In this document: positions 46,072-56,817 of the stretch, one piece after another
Position numbering within the stretch: the first letter of the stretch is position 1
Layout of the letters: each line of letters opens with the position of its first letter
DNA from: an uncultured Chloroflexia bacterium
GTDB lineage: Bacteria > Chloroflexota > Limnocylindria > Limnocylindrales > CSP1-4
Assembly (NCBI GenBank): GCA_963778815.1
Contig: CAVZVS010000003.1
Coordinates: forward strand, 72,895-136,894
Direction: 5' to 3'
Length of the DNA: 64,000 bases
The notes under the pieces: model-generated
The model's input: only the letters and a program-made list of their open reading frames with translations
Told to the model about the DNA's origin: nothing
Database searches by the model: none
Position numbers and translations under genes: made by a program

Positions 46072-48108
46072 ATGACCATCCTTTCGGGACTGAACGGTCC
46101 GGCCGACCTGCGCGGCCTTGACGAGGCGCAGCTCGAGCAGCTCGCCGAGGAGATCCGCGAGGTCATCATCTCGACCGTGGCCACCACCGGCGGCCACCTC
46201 GGCTCCTCGCTGGGGGTCGTCGAGGTCACGATCATCCTCCATCGATTGCTCGAGTCGCCGCGCGATCGGATCGTCTGGGACACCGGCCACCAGGCCTACC
46301 CGCACAAGCTGCTGACCGGTCGACTGGGCCGCTTCGGCACCCTCCGCCAGCTGGACGGCATCGGCGGCTTCCCGCGCCGGAGCGAGTCGCCCCACGACGT
46401 GTTCGACGGCGGTCACGCCGGGACCGGCCTGTCGATCGCCCAGGGCCTGGCCGAGGCGCGCGACCTGCGCCACAGCTTCGAGCGGGTCGCGGTCGTGGTC
46501 GGCGATGCGGCCCTGATGAGCGGGCTCAGCCTGGAGGCACTCAACGATATCGGCCAGCGTGGGACCCAGATGCTGATCGTCCTCAACGACAACGAGATGT
46601 CGATCAGCCCGACCGTCGGGGCGTTCAGCAAGTACCTCAGCCAGATCAAGCTGTCGCCGGCCTGGCAGCAGAGCCGGACCGCGTATGACCGGGCGATCGA
46701 ACGTCTGCCGGTAGTCGGTGAGACGGCCCTCGAGCTGTCCCGCCGGTTCCGCAAGTCGGTCGTCAACTTCGCTCAGCCCGGGCAACTCTTCGAGGACCTC
46801 GGGATCACCTACATCGGAGTCGTCCCGGGTCACGATCTGCAGGCCCTCGAGCGAACGTTCGCCCAGGCTCTCGAGCTCCGCGAGCCGGTCATCGTCCATG
46901 TCCGGACCCACAAGGGCCGAGGCTACCAGCCGGCCGAGGCCGACCAGGTCGGCTTCCACGGCGCGGCGCTGCCGCCGATGGCCCCGACCAACGGGGCGGC
47001 GGCCAACGGCGCGATGGCCAACGGCGCGGGCCGGCCCGCCCACGACCCGGGGATGGCCGACGATGCCACTCCAGCCAGGGTCGGACCGGATGCGCCCCGA
47101 AAGTCACCGAACTACACCGCCTACTTCAGCGCGGAACTGGTCGAGCTGGCCCGGACCGATCGGCGGATCGTGGCCATCACCGCGGGGATGCCCACGGGGA
47201 CGGGCCTCAATCGATTCCAGGCCGAGTTCCCGGAGCGCTTCTTCGACGTCGGGATCGCCGAGCAGCACGCGGTGGCCATGGCGACCGGCTTGGCGATGGG
47301 TGGATCGCGACCGGTCGTGGCGATCTATTCGACCTTCCTCCAGCGGGCGTTCGACCAGACCGTCCATGACGCCTGCCAGAACGACCAGCCGGTGGTCCTG
47401 GCCGTCGACCGGTCGGGTCTGGTGGGCGAGGACGGCACCAGCCACCAGGGGATGTTCACCCTGCCCGCCCAGCGTCAGATCCCGCATCTCGTGATCGCCA
47501 GCCCCAAGGACGAACAGGAGCTCCGCTCCCTGCTCCACACCGCCTTCGCCCAGGAGCACCCGTTCGCCCTGCACTACCCGCGCGACGCCGGCTTCGACGT
47601 GGCCCCGGTCGCCCCGACGATCCTGCCCATCGGTCGGGGCGAGAGCCTGCGCGAAGGGTCGGACATCCTGATCGTCGGGTTCGGCCCGATCGTGGCCCGG
47701 GGCATGGCAGCGGCCGACGCACTGGCCGCAGACGGCTGGTCGGTCGGGCTCATCAACGCCCGCTTCGCCAAGCCGCTCGACCGCGAGTTGATCCTGGACG
47801 CCGCCCGGGGGAAGCGTCTGATCGTGACCCTCGAAGAGAGCGTCGTGACCGGTGGCTTCGGTTCGGCGGTCCTGGAGCTCCTCGAGGAGGCCAGGCTGGT
47901 CGATCGCACCTTGCGCGAGGTGGCGCTCAAGATCGTCGGGATCCCCGGCGATCGCTTCATCGACCATGGCTCGGTGGCCGACCTGCGCACCCTCATCCGG
48001 CTGGATGTGGACGGCATCGTCGGTCAGATCCGCGAGACGCTGGCCTCGATCGGTGGCAAACCGCCCGTTCCGGTCGTGCGCATCGCGCCGATCATCCGCG
48101 AGGCCTGA
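46072..48108 (+). CDS. dxs: 1-deoxy-D-xylulose-5-phosphate synthase
   Basis: GGHLGSSLG, WDTGHQAYPHK, LNDNEMSI, DVGIAEQHA, YSTFLQRAFDQ, GEDGTSHQG. Confidence 0.96.
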   Translation: MTILSGLNGPADLRGLDEAQLEQLAEEIREVIISTVATTGGHLGSSLGVVEVTIILHRLLESPRDRIVWDTGHQAYPHKLLTGRLGRFGTLRQLDGIGGFPRRSESPHDVFDGGHAGTGLSIAQGLAEARDLRHSFERVAVVVGDAALMSGLSLEALNDIGQRGTQMLIVLNDNEMSISPTVGAFSKYLSQIKLSPAWQQSRTAYDRAIERLPVVGETALELSRRFRKSVVNFAQPGQLFEDLGITYIGVVPGHDLQALERTFAQALELREPVIVHVRTHKGRGYQPAEADQVGFHGAALPPMAPTNGAAANGAMANGAGRPAHDPGMADDATPARVGPDAPRKSPNYTAYFSAELVELARTDRRIVAITAGMPTGTGLNRFQAEFPERFFDVGIAEQHAVAMATGLAMGGSRPVVAIYSTFLQRAFDQTVHDACQNDQPVVLAVDRSGLVGEDGTSHQGMFTLPAQRQIPHLVIASPKDEQELRSLLHTAFAQEHPFALHYPRDAGFDVAPVAPTILPIGRGESLREGSDILIVGFGPIVARGMAAADALAADGWSVGLINARFAKPLDRELILDAARGKRLIVTLEESVVTGGFGSAVLELLEEARLVDRTLREVALKIVGIPGDRFIDHGSVADLRTLIRLDVDGIVGQIRETLASIGGKPPVPVVRIAPIIREA

Positions 48109-48180
48109 CGAGCCCCACTCGACGAGCCAGCTCGCCCTGGAGATATGTCGCAGTGAAGCGGGCTGTGCCACGATAGGCCA

Positions 48181-49047
48181 GTGAGTGCGGAGACCATCGC
48201 CGGAACCCGACCGTCCCGGCGTCGCCTCGACCAGCTGCTCGTGGAGCGGGGCCTGGTCGAATCGCGGACGCGGGCCCAGGCCCTGATCCTGGCCGGCAAG
48301 GTCCGGGTGGGGGACGGCGACGCTGCTCGGCGCGACCTCAAATCGGGCGACCTGGTCGACCTCGCCGCGGTCATCTCGGTCGAAGCTCCCGATCCGTATG
48401 TATCACGCGGCGGCCACAAGCTCGCCGCGGCGCTCGATGCGTTCGCGATCGACCCGTCCGGCCGCGTCTGCCTCGACGCCGGTGCCTCGACCGGCGGCTT
48501 CACCGACGTGCTCCTGCAGCGTGGTGCGACCCGCGTCTACGCCGTCGACGTGGGTCGTGGCCAGTTGGCAAACGCACTCAGCCTTGACCCGCGGGTCGTG
48601 TCGATGGAACGGACCAACGCTCGGACGCTCGCACCCGGCGTCCTGCCCGAGGTCGTGACCGTGGCGGTGGTCGACGTCTCGTTCATCTCGCTGGGGTTGG
48701 TCCTCGGCCCGATGGCCGCCTGCTTCGGTCCGACCGGCGGTCCCATCGTCGCCCTGGTCAAGCCTCAGTTCGAGGCCGGACGGGGAGCGCTGGACAAGGG
48801 TGTGGTGCGCGATCCGGCCATCCATCTCGAGGTCGTCCGGAGGGTCGTCGCCACGGCCCGAGAGCTGGGACTGGCGGCGATCGACCTCATCGCCTCGCCG
48901 ATCCTGGGGCCCGAGGGCAATCGCGAGTTCCTGCTCCAGCTCGAGGTCGGCAGCGAGGGGATGCCGACCCGGGCTGGTGGCCTGACCGACGCGCGGCTGG
49001 TCGAGGTCGCCGCGCCCGCTCCCGAGACCAGGACCCCGTCCCGATGA
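48181..49047 (+). CDS. tlyA: TlyA-family rRNA 2'-O-methyltransferase
   Basis: S4 domain [46 protein letters not shown]. Confidence 0.93.
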   Translation: MSAETIAGTRPSRRRLDQLLVERGLVESRTRAQALILAGKVRVGDGDAARRDLKSGDLVDLAAVISVEAPDPYVSRGGHKLAAALDAFAIDPSGRVCLDAGASTGGFTDVLLQRGATRVYAVDVGRGQLANALSLDPRVVSMERTNARTLAPGVLPEVVTVAVVDVSFISLGLVLGPMAACFGPTGGPIVALVKPQFEAGRGALDKGVVRDPAIHLEVVRRVVATARELGLAAIDLIASPILGPEGNREFLLQLEVGSEGMPTRAGGLTDARLVEVAAPAPETRTPSR

Positions 49048-49889
49048 GCGCGGTGGCCCGGATCGGATTCGCCTACAACCCCACCAACGATGCCGCCGAT
49101 GAGCTGCGCGAGCGGGCCGAGGGCTGGTGCGGCGCGCGTGGCCTGGCCCACTGGGCGGCTCCCTCGGGCGAGTTCGAGACGCTCCTGCGGGAGCTGCCGA
49201 CGACCGATGTCCTGGTCGTCCTGGGCGGTGACGGGACCTTCCTGCGAGCCGCCCGAGCGGTGTCAGAGGTCGATGTCCCGCTGCTCGGGGTCAACCTGGG
49301 CAAGGTCGGCTTCCTGTCCAAGGTCGAGGCCGATGGCCTCGAGGCGGTCCTGGCCCAGATCGCGGCCGGCGCGTACAGCATCGACGAGCGGATGAGCCTG
49401 CGCGGGGTGATCCGACCGGCCGGCAGACCTGGCGGCAATGCCTTCTTCGCCCTCAACGATGTGGTCGTGGCACGTGGGTCGCTGGCCCGGGTGGTCCGAC
49501 TCGACGTGGCCATCGGACCGAGCCACCTGGCTACATTCGTCGCCGACGGCCTGATCGTGTCCAGCCCGACCGGTTCGACCGGCTATTCGTTCTCGGCCGG
49601 CGGTCCGATCCTCGATCCGATCAGCCGCAACCTGGTGGTCACCCCGATCGCCGGCTACCTGTCGGCCATCCGTTCGGTCGTGGTCGACCCGACCCACACG
49701 GTGACGGTCCGGGTCGTCGAGGCCTACGAAGCCCTGGTCAGCATCGACGGCCGGGAGGACCTGCCCGTGTCAGTCGGCGACGTCGTCGAGGTCTCGGCGG
49801 GCGAGCACTCGATCCGCTTCGTCGAGCCCGAGGGCGGCGTCCCGTTCTGGGATCTGCTTCGTCACAAGGTGGAGCTCCTGCCGTCGTGA
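49044..49889 (+). CDS. nadK: NAD kinase
   Basis: [44 protein letters not shown]. Confidence 0.94.
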   Translation: MSAVARIGFAYNPTNDAADELRERAEGWCGARGLAHWAAPSGEFETLLRELPTTDVLVVLGGDGTFLRAARAVSEVDVPLLGVNLGKVGFLSKVEADGLEAVLAQIAAGAYSIDERMSLRGVIRPAGRPGGNAFFALNDVVVARGSLARVVRLDVAIGPSHLATFVADGLIVSSPTGSTGYSFSAGGPILDPISRNLVVTPIAGYLSAIRSVVVDPTHTVTVRVVEAYEALVSIDGREDLPVSVGDVVEVSAGEHSIRFVEPEGGVPFWDLLRHKVELLPS

Positions 49890-51631
49890 ACGACGAGCCG
49901 GCCGGGCGCCTGCTCGAGCTGACCGTGGTCGACCTGGCCCTGATCGATCGGCTGCGTCTCGAGCTGGGACCCGGACTGAACGTCATCACCGGCGAGACCG
50001 GTGCCGGCAAGAGCCTCCTGATCGACGCCCTGGGGCTCGCTCTCGGGGCCCGGGCCGACACGGGACTGGTCCGCCATGGCGCGGATGCTGCGAGGGTCGA
50101 GGCCCTGTTCGATCGACTGCCGGAACCGCTGATCGTCGTCCGGGAGGTCCAGGCGGGCGGCCGGTCGACGGCGCGTCTCGACGACGAGGCGGTCACTGCC
50201 GCTCGGCTTGCCGAGACGGTCGGACCGCTCGTCGAGGTCCACGGCCAGCACGATCAGCAGCGTCTGCTCGACGAACGGGTCCAGCGCGACTTGCTCGACG
50301 CCTATGGTGGTTGCTGGGTCAGCCGGGAGCTGGTCGCCGGGGCGGTCGAGCGTTGGCGGGCCAACCGGGCCACGCTGGCCGAGTTGAGGGTCGATCCGCG
50401 CGAACTCGTTCGGCGGATCGAGCTGGCCGAGCACGAGGCGGCCGAGATCGTCTCGGCCCGGATCCGGGTCGGCGAGACGGCTGAGATCCAGGCTCGCCTG
50501 GGGGCGGCCCGCAACGGCGAGGCGATCGTCCGGGGCAGCGAGGCCATCCACACCGCGCTCCTGGGCGACGGCTCGGGTGGGGAGGGGAGTCCTGCGGCCC
50601 GCGAGGCGGTCGGTTCCGCGGCCCAACAGGCCCGCGAGCTGGCCCGGTTCGACCCACGCTTCGCCCCGCTAGCGGATCGGCTGACCGGCCTCGACGCCGA
50701 GATCGACGACGTCGCGAGCGAGGTCCGCGGCCTGGTCGAGGGCCTCGATCACGATCCCGCCGACGTGGCCCGCCTGGAAGAACGACTGTCGGCGATCTAT
50801 GCCCTCGAGCGGCGCTACGGCGACGATGAAGCGGCGCTGCTGGCTCACGCCGAGGCGATGACCGCCGAAGCGGACCGGCTGCGCAGCCTCGAGGGCGAAC
50901 GGGACCGGCGCCTGGCCGAGGACGCCGAGCTGCTGGCCGGCGTGGCCGCGTCCGCCGAGGTGCTGTCCAGCCTGCGGGCCGAGGCCGGCGGGCGGCTTGC
51001 CGCGGCGACCGCGATCGTGCTGGAGGAGCTTGGCTTCGATCACGTCCGGTTCGAGGTATCGCTCGGGCGTCGGCCGGCTGCCCAGGGCGAGCCTGCGGTC
51101 GAGGTCGGTGGCGACGCCCTGGCCTTCGACGCCAGCGGGATCGATGAGGTCGTCTTCCGCTTCGCCCCGAACGTCGGCGAGCCACCCCGTCCGCTGGCCC
51201 GGATCGCTTCGGGCGGCGAGCTGAGCCGGGTCGCCCTGGCCCTCAAGGAGGTGCTGGCCGCGGCCGACGCGACCCCGACCCTCGTCTTCGACGAGGTCGA
51301 TACCGGGATCGGCGGTCGGAGCGCCGACCCGGTCGGTCGCAGCCTGTGGTCGCTGGCCCGCCGTCACCAGGTCCTATGCGTGACCCACCTGCCCCAGATC
51401 GCGGCCCACGCCGACGTCCACTTCCGGATCTCGAAGCGGGAACGGGATGGCCGCACGGTGACCGAGGTCCAGCGTCTCGACGAGCCCTCCGAGCGGGTCG
51501 CCGAACTGGCCCAGATGCTGGGTGGCCCGGCGGGCGGGACGGCGGCGACGGCCGGGGCCGAGGAGCTTCTCGAGCGCGCGTCGAGCTGGCGCAGGGACGC
51601 GGGCAAGCTGCCACGGGCCACCATGGCGTGA
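49886..51631 (+). CDS. recN: DNA repair protein RecN
   Basis: TGETGAGKS, VHGQHDQ, ASGGELSR, FDEVDTGIGG, VTHLPQIA. Confidence 0.95.
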   Translation: MNDEPAGRLLELTVVDLALIDRLRLELGPGLNVITGETGAGKSLLIDALGLALGARADTGLVRHGADAARVEALFDRLPEPLIVVREVQAGGRSTARLDDEAVTAARLAETVGPLVEVHGQHDQQRLLDERVQRDLLDAYGGCWVSRELVAGAVERWRANRATLAELRVDPRELVRRIELAEHEAAEIVSARIRVGETAEIQARLGAARNGEAIVRGSEAIHTALLGDGSGGEGSPAAREAVGSAAQQARELARFDPRFAPLADRLTGLDAEIDDVASEVRGLVEGLDHDPADVARLEERLSAIYALERRYGDDEAALLAHAEAMTAEADRLRSLEGERDRRLAEDAELLAGVAASAEVLSSLRAEAGGRLAAATAIVLEELGFDHVRFEVSLGRRPAAQGEPAVEVGGDALAFDASGIDEVVFRFAPNVGEPPRPLARIASGGELSRVALALKEVLAAADATPTLVFDEVDTGIGGRSADPVGRSLWSLARRHQVLCVTHLPQIAAHADVHFRISKRERDGRTVTEVQRLDEPSERVAELAQMLGGPAGGTAATAGAEELLERASSWRRDAGKLPRATMA

Positions 51632-51648
51632 GCGCTCGCGACGGATCC

Positions 51649-52557
51649 ATGAGCACGCTCGAGCGGGCGATCGAGGCGTACTTCCTGCACCTGCGCGTCG
51701 AACGGGGTCTGGCCCCGGCGACGCTGCGCGCCTACGCCGGCGATCTGTCGGGATTCGCCGCGGCCCCCAGCGTGGCCGACGGCTGGTCGAGCTCGGCCGA
51801 ACCGGCGACCCGCTACCTGGCTCGCTCGGCGGCCACCATCCGGCCGAGTAGCCTCCGCCGGCGGACCGCCTCGATCCGCGGCTTCTACCGCTTCGCCTAT
51901 GGCGACGAACTGATCGAGATGGACCTGGCCGCCCGGATCGACCTGCCTCGCCAGGTCCGCCGACTGCCCGAGACGCTCGACGTGGGCGAGACCGAGCGTC
52001 TGCTCGAGGCCGCCAGCGGGACCTTGCCGGACGAGCCGGTCCGGATCCGCGACCGAGCCCTGCTCGAGCTCCTCTATGCGGCGGGTCTGCGCATCAGCGA
52101 GGCGCTCGGGCTCGATCGCGAGGACCTGTCCCTCGATGGCGGCTTCGTGCGGGTGATCGGCAAGGGCGACAAGGAGCGCCTGGTCCCGGTCGGGGAGGTC
52201 GCCCTTGAATGGCTGGTCCGCTACCTCGACGAGGTCCGACCCGAGTGGCTTGCCCTCCACCACGTCGAACCGGTCGGCGGCGGCCCGCTGTTCCTGAGCG
52301 GGCACGGCCGGCGGCTCGGGCGGCAGCAGGCCTGGTCCATCGTCAAGCACGCGTCGCTCGAGGCGGGATTGCCCGAACGGGTGACCCCCCATACCCTGCG
52401 TCACTCGTTCGCCACCCACCTGCTCGAGGGCGGGGCCGACCTGCGCGTCGTCCAGGAGTTGCTCGGGCATGCGAGTATCAGCACGACCCAGCTGTACACC
52501 CACCTGAGCGGGGAACGGATCCGCGAGGTCTACGCTCGCGCCCACCCGCGAGCCTGA
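51649..52557 (+). CDS. xerD: Tyrosine recombinase XerD
   Basis: VERGLA, RDRALLELLYAAGLRISE, GKGDKERLVP, TPHTLRHSFATHLLEGGADLR, HPRA. Confidence 0.9.
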   Translation: MSTLERAIEAYFLHLRVERGLAPATLRAYAGDLSGFAAAPSVADGWSSSAEPATRYLARSAATIRPSSLRRRTASIRGFYRFAYGDELIEMDLAARIDLPRQVRRLPETLDVGETERLLEAASGTLPDEPVRIRDRALLELLYAAGLRISEALGLDREDLSLDGGFVRVIGKGDKERLVPVGEVALEWLVRYLDEVRPEWLALHHVEPVGGGPLFLSGHGRRLGRQQAWSIVKHASLEAGLPERVTPHTLRHSFATHLLEGGADLRVVQELLGHASISTTQLYTHLSGERIREVYARAHPRA

Positions 52558-52573
52558 GGAGGAACGACGGTCC

Positions 52574-53290
52574 ATGGCCCGCTACGCGGACGGACTCATC
52601 GCCGATGGCGAGCACATCCTGCTCCGGACACGCCAGCACTGGTTCTCGATCGTCGCCTACACGCTCGCGTTCTGGGTCATGGTCGCGGTCGCCATCGGCT
52701 TCTTCATCCTCAAGCAGATCATCGATTGGCAGCCGCTGGCCTGGATCGCCCTCATCTCGTTGGTCGGCGCGGTCGTCTGGATCCTGTGGCGCTATGCCAG
52801 CTGGACGTTCCAGGACTACATCATCACCAACCGCCGGGTGATGCAGGTCGAGGGCATCCTGAACAAGATCTCGCGGGACAGCTCGCTCGAGAAGATCAAC
52901 GACGCGGTCCTGCGCCAGGGCCTGTTCGGACGATTGCTCCATTTCGGCGATCTGGAGGTGCTGACCGCCTCGGACACGACCGTCGACCAGTTCAAGATGC
53001 TCAACGACGCGGCCAACTTCAAGAAGACGATGCTCAACGCGAAGTACGCTCTCGAGCGCGAGGTCGCCTCACCGATGCCCAGCCCGCCCCTCCGTGTGGC
53101 CGGTCCCACGAGCTCACCGGCCGATGGTTCGCCAGGCGAAGCACATCCGCCGGCCGCGGAGGAACCCATGGCGATGACGTCCGAGGAGGTCACCGACACC
53201 CTCCATCGCCTGGCCGACCTGCGCGACCGGGGCGCCATCAGCCCCGCCGAGTACGAGGCCAAGAAGGCCGAGCTGCTCGATCGCCTCTGA
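52574..53290 (+). CDS. Membrane protein with bacterial PH domain and SHOCT
   Basis: 2 TM, YIITNRRV..GIL, GRLLHFGDL, C-terminal LADLRDRGAISPAEYEAKKAELL. Confidence 0.82.
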   Translation: MARYADGLIADGEHILLRTRQHWFSIVAYTLAFWVMVAVAIGFFILKQIIDWQPLAWIALISLVGAVVWILWRYASWTFQDYIITNRRVMQVEGILNKISRDSSLEKINDAVLRQGLFGRLLHFGDLEVLTASDTTVDQFKMLNDAANFKKTMLNAKYALEREVASPMPSPPLRVAGPTSSPADGSPGEAHPPAAEEPMAMTSEEVTDTLHRLADLRDRGAISPAEYEAKKAELLDRL

Positions 53291-53323
53291 GCCCGGCCGT
53301 CGCGCGGACGGTACGATAGGCCG

Positions 53324-53965
53324 ATGTTCGACCTGACTCCCGATGCTCTGATCCAGGACGCGATCCTCATCGTGATCTTCCTGGGGATCGCCTTCCCCAT
53401 CCACGAGTTCTTCCACGCCTGGACCGCCTACCAGCTGGGCGACGGGACGGCCAAGATGTTCGGCCGGTTGACCCTCAACCCGGTGGTCCACTTCGACCCG
53501 GTCGGCGGCCTGATGCTCATCCTGAGCACGGTCCTCGGTGCGGGCTTCGTCTTCGGTTGGGCCAAGCCGACCCCGGTCAACCCGTCCAACCTGCGCGACC
53601 GCCGCAACGGCGATGTCTGGGTCGCGATCGCCGGCCCGGCCTCGAACCTGGTGATGGCGGTCCTCGGCGCGATCGTCTTCCGGGTGATGATGGCGGCCCA
53701 GCTGGACGCTCCCCAGATCGTCTGGCAGATCGTCTATTCGTTCGTCGTCTTCAACATCAGCCTGGCCATCTTCAACATGATCCCCGTCCCACCGCTGGAC
53801 GGATCGGCGGTCCTCTTCCGGCTGCTGTCGCCGCAGACCGCCTACCAGCTCCGCCCGACGTTGACCCAGTACGGCTTCGTCATCGTCATCGCCGTCGTGC
53901 TCTTCGGCGGGCGGTACCTTGGAAGTGCGATCGATGGCCTCACCAACGTTCTCCTGGGGGTCTAA
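53324..53965 (+). CDS. Site-2 protease (M50)
   Basis: HEFFH, GRLTLNP, GWAKP, AGPASN, FNMIPVPPLDG. Confidence 0.92.
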   Translation: MFDLTPDALIQDAILIVIFLGIAFPIHEFFHAWTAYQLGDGTAKMFGRLTLNPVVHFDPVGGLMLILSTVLGAGFVFGWAKPTPVNPSNLRDRRNGDVWVAIAGPASNLVMAVLGAIVFRVMMAAQLDAPQIVWQIVYSFVVFNISLAIFNMIPVPPLDGSAVLFRLLSPQTAYQLRPTLTQYGFVIVIAVVLFGGRYLGSAIDGLTNVLLGV

Positions 53966-54437
53966 GGCTCGCCAGTTCCGGGCGCACCTGACGGCCAGGG
54001 TGGATCCGGCCGAACGGGCAGCCCTCCAGACGTGGCTGAATCCGGCTCAGGTGGCCCTGTTCGACGGGATGCACATCGCCGACCAGCGCCACGGGCTCGA
54101 CGTGGTGGCCACCCTGCGGGTCGGCGGATCGACCGACGACGAGCTGCTCCTGGCCGGACTCCTCCACGATTGCGCCAAGGGCCCGACGGTCGGGGTGCTG
54201 CCCCGGGTGACCTGGTCGCTCGGCGAGGCCTGGGGTCCCTGGGTCGTCTCGAGCACACGCCACCTGCCGGGCTTCGCCCCCGCCCTGGACCGGTTGCGCG
54301 ACCACGCCGAGCTGTCGGCCCGGATGGCCCTGGCGGCAGGTTGCTCGGCCCGCACGGCCGAGTTGATCCGGCACCAGGCCGACCCGGCCGACCCGACCGC
54401 CGGCGAGCTGCTGCGTCTGGCCGACGAGGCAAACTGA
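53934..54437 (+). CDS. HD-domain protein
   Basis: DQRHGLDV, AGLLHDCAK, DHAELSA, LIRH, ADE. Confidence 0.75.
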   Translation: MASPTFSWGSKARQFRAHLTARVDPAERAALQTWLNPAQVALFDGMHIADQRHGLDVVATLRVGGSTDDELLLAGLLHDCAKGPTVGVLPRVTWSLGEAWGPWVVSSTRHLPGFAPALDRLRDHAELSARMALAAGCSARTAELIRHQADPADPTAGELLRLADEAN

Positions 54438-54439
54438 CG

Positions 54440-55309
54440 ATGGTCGAGGCCACCGCGCCGCTGGCTGCCCAGACCTCGATCGTGTTCGACGAAGGTCGGC
54501 GGGCAGAGCTCGTGACCCAGGTCCGGATGGATGCCTTCGAGGGTCCGCTGGGCCTCCTCCTGTCGCTCATCGAACAGCGCCATCTCGACGTGATGACAGT
54601 TCCGCTTGGTGCCCTTGCGGGGGCCTACCTCGATGCGCTGGCCGGTCTGGAGGCCGATCGGCTCGGCAACGTCTCCGGGTTCGTCGCGATCGCCGGCCAG
54701 CTGATCCTGATCAAGAGCCGGGCGATGCTCCCGCGCAGGGTCGATCCGGCCCTGCTCCCCGCCGAGGAGGCACCCGACCCGGAAGCCGAGCTGCGGGCCC
54801 GACTCATCCTGTATCGAGCGCACCGCGATGCCGGAGCGCTCATCCAGGCGGCGGCCCTGGAGCGCGTCGGGCTATTCCGGCGGGAACCGTCGGTGGCCGC
54901 GGCCTCGGGGCGGGCCGGGGCCATCGTGACACCGCGACCCATGGATCCCCGGGCGCTCGAGGCCGCGCTCATCCGGATGCTCCGGGTCGTCCCGCCACCG
55001 CCACCGCCACCGGAGACGGTCGCTCGGACGATCACCATCGCTCAGCGCGCCGAGTTCGTCCGAGCGGCTCTGCAGGGAGTCGATTCGATCGTCCTGCAGG
55101 ACCTGTTGGCGGGGGTCCACGACCGGGTCGTGATGGCGGTCACCTTCCTGGCCATGCTCGAGCTGATGAAGCGGCGGGAGATCGTCGTGGAGCAGGAACG
55201 ACCGTGGGGACCGATCGTGGCCCGGGCGACGACCGCCGAGGAGCGGGCCGCCGCCGGCGGGATCCTGACCGACGCGCCGATCGACGAGTCGCTCGAGTCG
55301 TTCGCATGA
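54440..55309 (+). CDS. scpA: Segregation/condensation protein A
   Basis: FEGPLGLLLSLI, LILIKSRAMLP, VTFLAMLELMK. Confidence 0.9.
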   Translation: MVEATAPLAAQTSIVFDEGRRAELVTQVRMDAFEGPLGLLLSLIEQRHLDVMTVPLGALAGAYLDALAGLEADRLGNVSGFVAIAGQLILIKSRAMLPRRVDPALLPAEEAPDPEAELRARLILYRAHRDAGALIQAAALERVGLFRREPSVAAASGRAGAIVTPRPMDPRALEAALIRMLRVVPPPPPPPETVARTITIAQRAEFVRAALQGVDSIVLQDLLAGVHDRVVMAVTFLAMLELMKRREIVVEQERPWGPIVARATTAEERAAAGGILTDAPIDESLESFA

Positions 55310-56037
55310 CCGAGCCGTCGCTCGACGAAGCCGGCGCGGTCGTCGAGGCCGGGGATGGTCCAGACACCAGCCACGCGCCGGAGACGCCCGAGGCGCCCGA
55401 GGCGCTCGGGCTGACCGAGGCGACTCTGGAAGCGCTCCTGTTCGTGGCCGAACGTCCGCTCGACCGGCGCGAGATCGGCTCGCTGGCGGGAGTCGATCGG
55501 GCGACCGTCGACGCCCGGATCGGTGACCTCGAGGTGAGCCTCGCCCAACGGGGCATCCGGCTGATCCTGTCGGGTGAGCGGGTCGAGCTGGCGACCGCGC
55601 CCGAGGCCGGCCGGCTGATCGGCCGCTACGTCGGCGCGGGAGCGACCCGGCTCTCCCCGGCGGCCCTGGAGACCCTGGCCATCGTGGCCTACCGGCAGCC
55701 GGTGACCCGGGGTGGCGTCGAGCGGATCCGTGGGGTCGACTCGGACTACTCCATCCGGGCGCTGCTCCATCGCCGGTTGATCGTGGAGCTGGGCCGGTCC
55801 GAGACCCCCGGCCGACCGTACCTGTATGGCACGGACTTCGAGTTCCTCGAGCGCTTCGGGATCGCCAGCCTCGATGAGCTGCCGCCGCTCGATGCCGACG
55901 TCGCGGCCCGTCTGGTCGAGGAGGCCGCTGAGCGCGGCACGGAGACCGACATCGGCCCCGGGACCGCCGCGGACTCCCAGCCTGAGCCGAGTGACGGGAC
56001 CACGGTCGGTGTCGCGGTGGGGCCGGGTCCCGGCTGA
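55306..56037 (+). CDS. scpB: Segregation/condensation protein B
   Basis: LEALLFVA, LSPAALETLAIVAYRQPVTR, IRGV, GRPYLYGT, FG..SLDELP. Confidence 0.94.
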   Translation: MTEPSLDEAGAVVEAGDGPDTSHAPETPEAPEALGLTEATLEALLFVAERPLDRREIGSLAGVDRATVDARIGDLEVSLAQRGIRLILSGERVELATAPEAGRLIGRYVGAGATRLSPAALETLAIVAYRQPVTRGGVERIRGVDSDYSIRALLHRRLIVELGRSETPGRPYLYGTDFEFLERFGIASLDELPPLDADVAARLVEEAAERGTETDIGPGTAADSQPEPSDGTTVGVAVGPGPG

Positions 56038-56817
56038 TGGCCCCGGAACGGATCCAGAAGGTCATCGCCGCGGCGGGGGTCGCCTCGCGCCGCGAAGCCG
56101 AGCGGCTGATCAGTGCCGGCCGGGTGACGGTCGACGGGAAGGTCGCCACGCTGGGCGAGTCGGTCGAGCCGTCGACCGCCGTGATCGCCATCGACGGGCG
56201 TCCGGTGGGGGAGGCGTCGGCGCTCATCCACCTGGTCGTCCACAAACCGCTCGGGGTCACCTCGACGACCAAGGATCGCCACGCCGAGCGGACCGTGGTC
56301 GATCTCGTCCCGCGGGGGATGATCGGAGCTGGTCGGCTGTATCCGGTCGGCCGGCTCGACCAGGACTCCGAAGGGCTCATCCTGATGACCAACGATGGGG
56401 CGTGGGCCGATCGCGTCCTCCATCCGCGCTTCGGGGTCGAGCGCGAGTACGCCATCGGCCTCGGCGGCGCCGCTCAGCGCGGAGCAGATCAGCGCCCTTC
56501 GCGCCGGCGTCCGCCTCGACGAAGGCCACGCCACGCTGGGTCATCTCCGGCCGATGACCGCGACCGAGGTCCGCGCCCTGGTCGAGGTCCTCGATCCGCC
56601 GCCGGGTCCACTGACCTGGTACCGAGCCACCCTCCAGCAAGGCTGGAAGCGCCAGCTTCGGCGGATGTTCGCGGCGACGGGGACGCCGATCGCCCGCCTG
56701 GCCCGGGTCCGCATCGGGACGGTCCGATTGGCGACCCTCCGAGCCGGGGCGACCCGACCGCTCAGTTCTGCCGAGGTCCGTTCGCTCGGAGCCGGCCGGG
56801 TCGCCCCGAGCCGATGA
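56037..56817 (+). CDS. rluB: RluB/RsuA-family pseudouridine synthase (frameshift near 56468)
   Basis: ERIQKVIA.AGVASRR, HKPLG, YPVGRLDQDSEGL. The C-terminal GWKRQLRRM..L.RVRIG is in the shifted frame. Confidence 0.88.
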
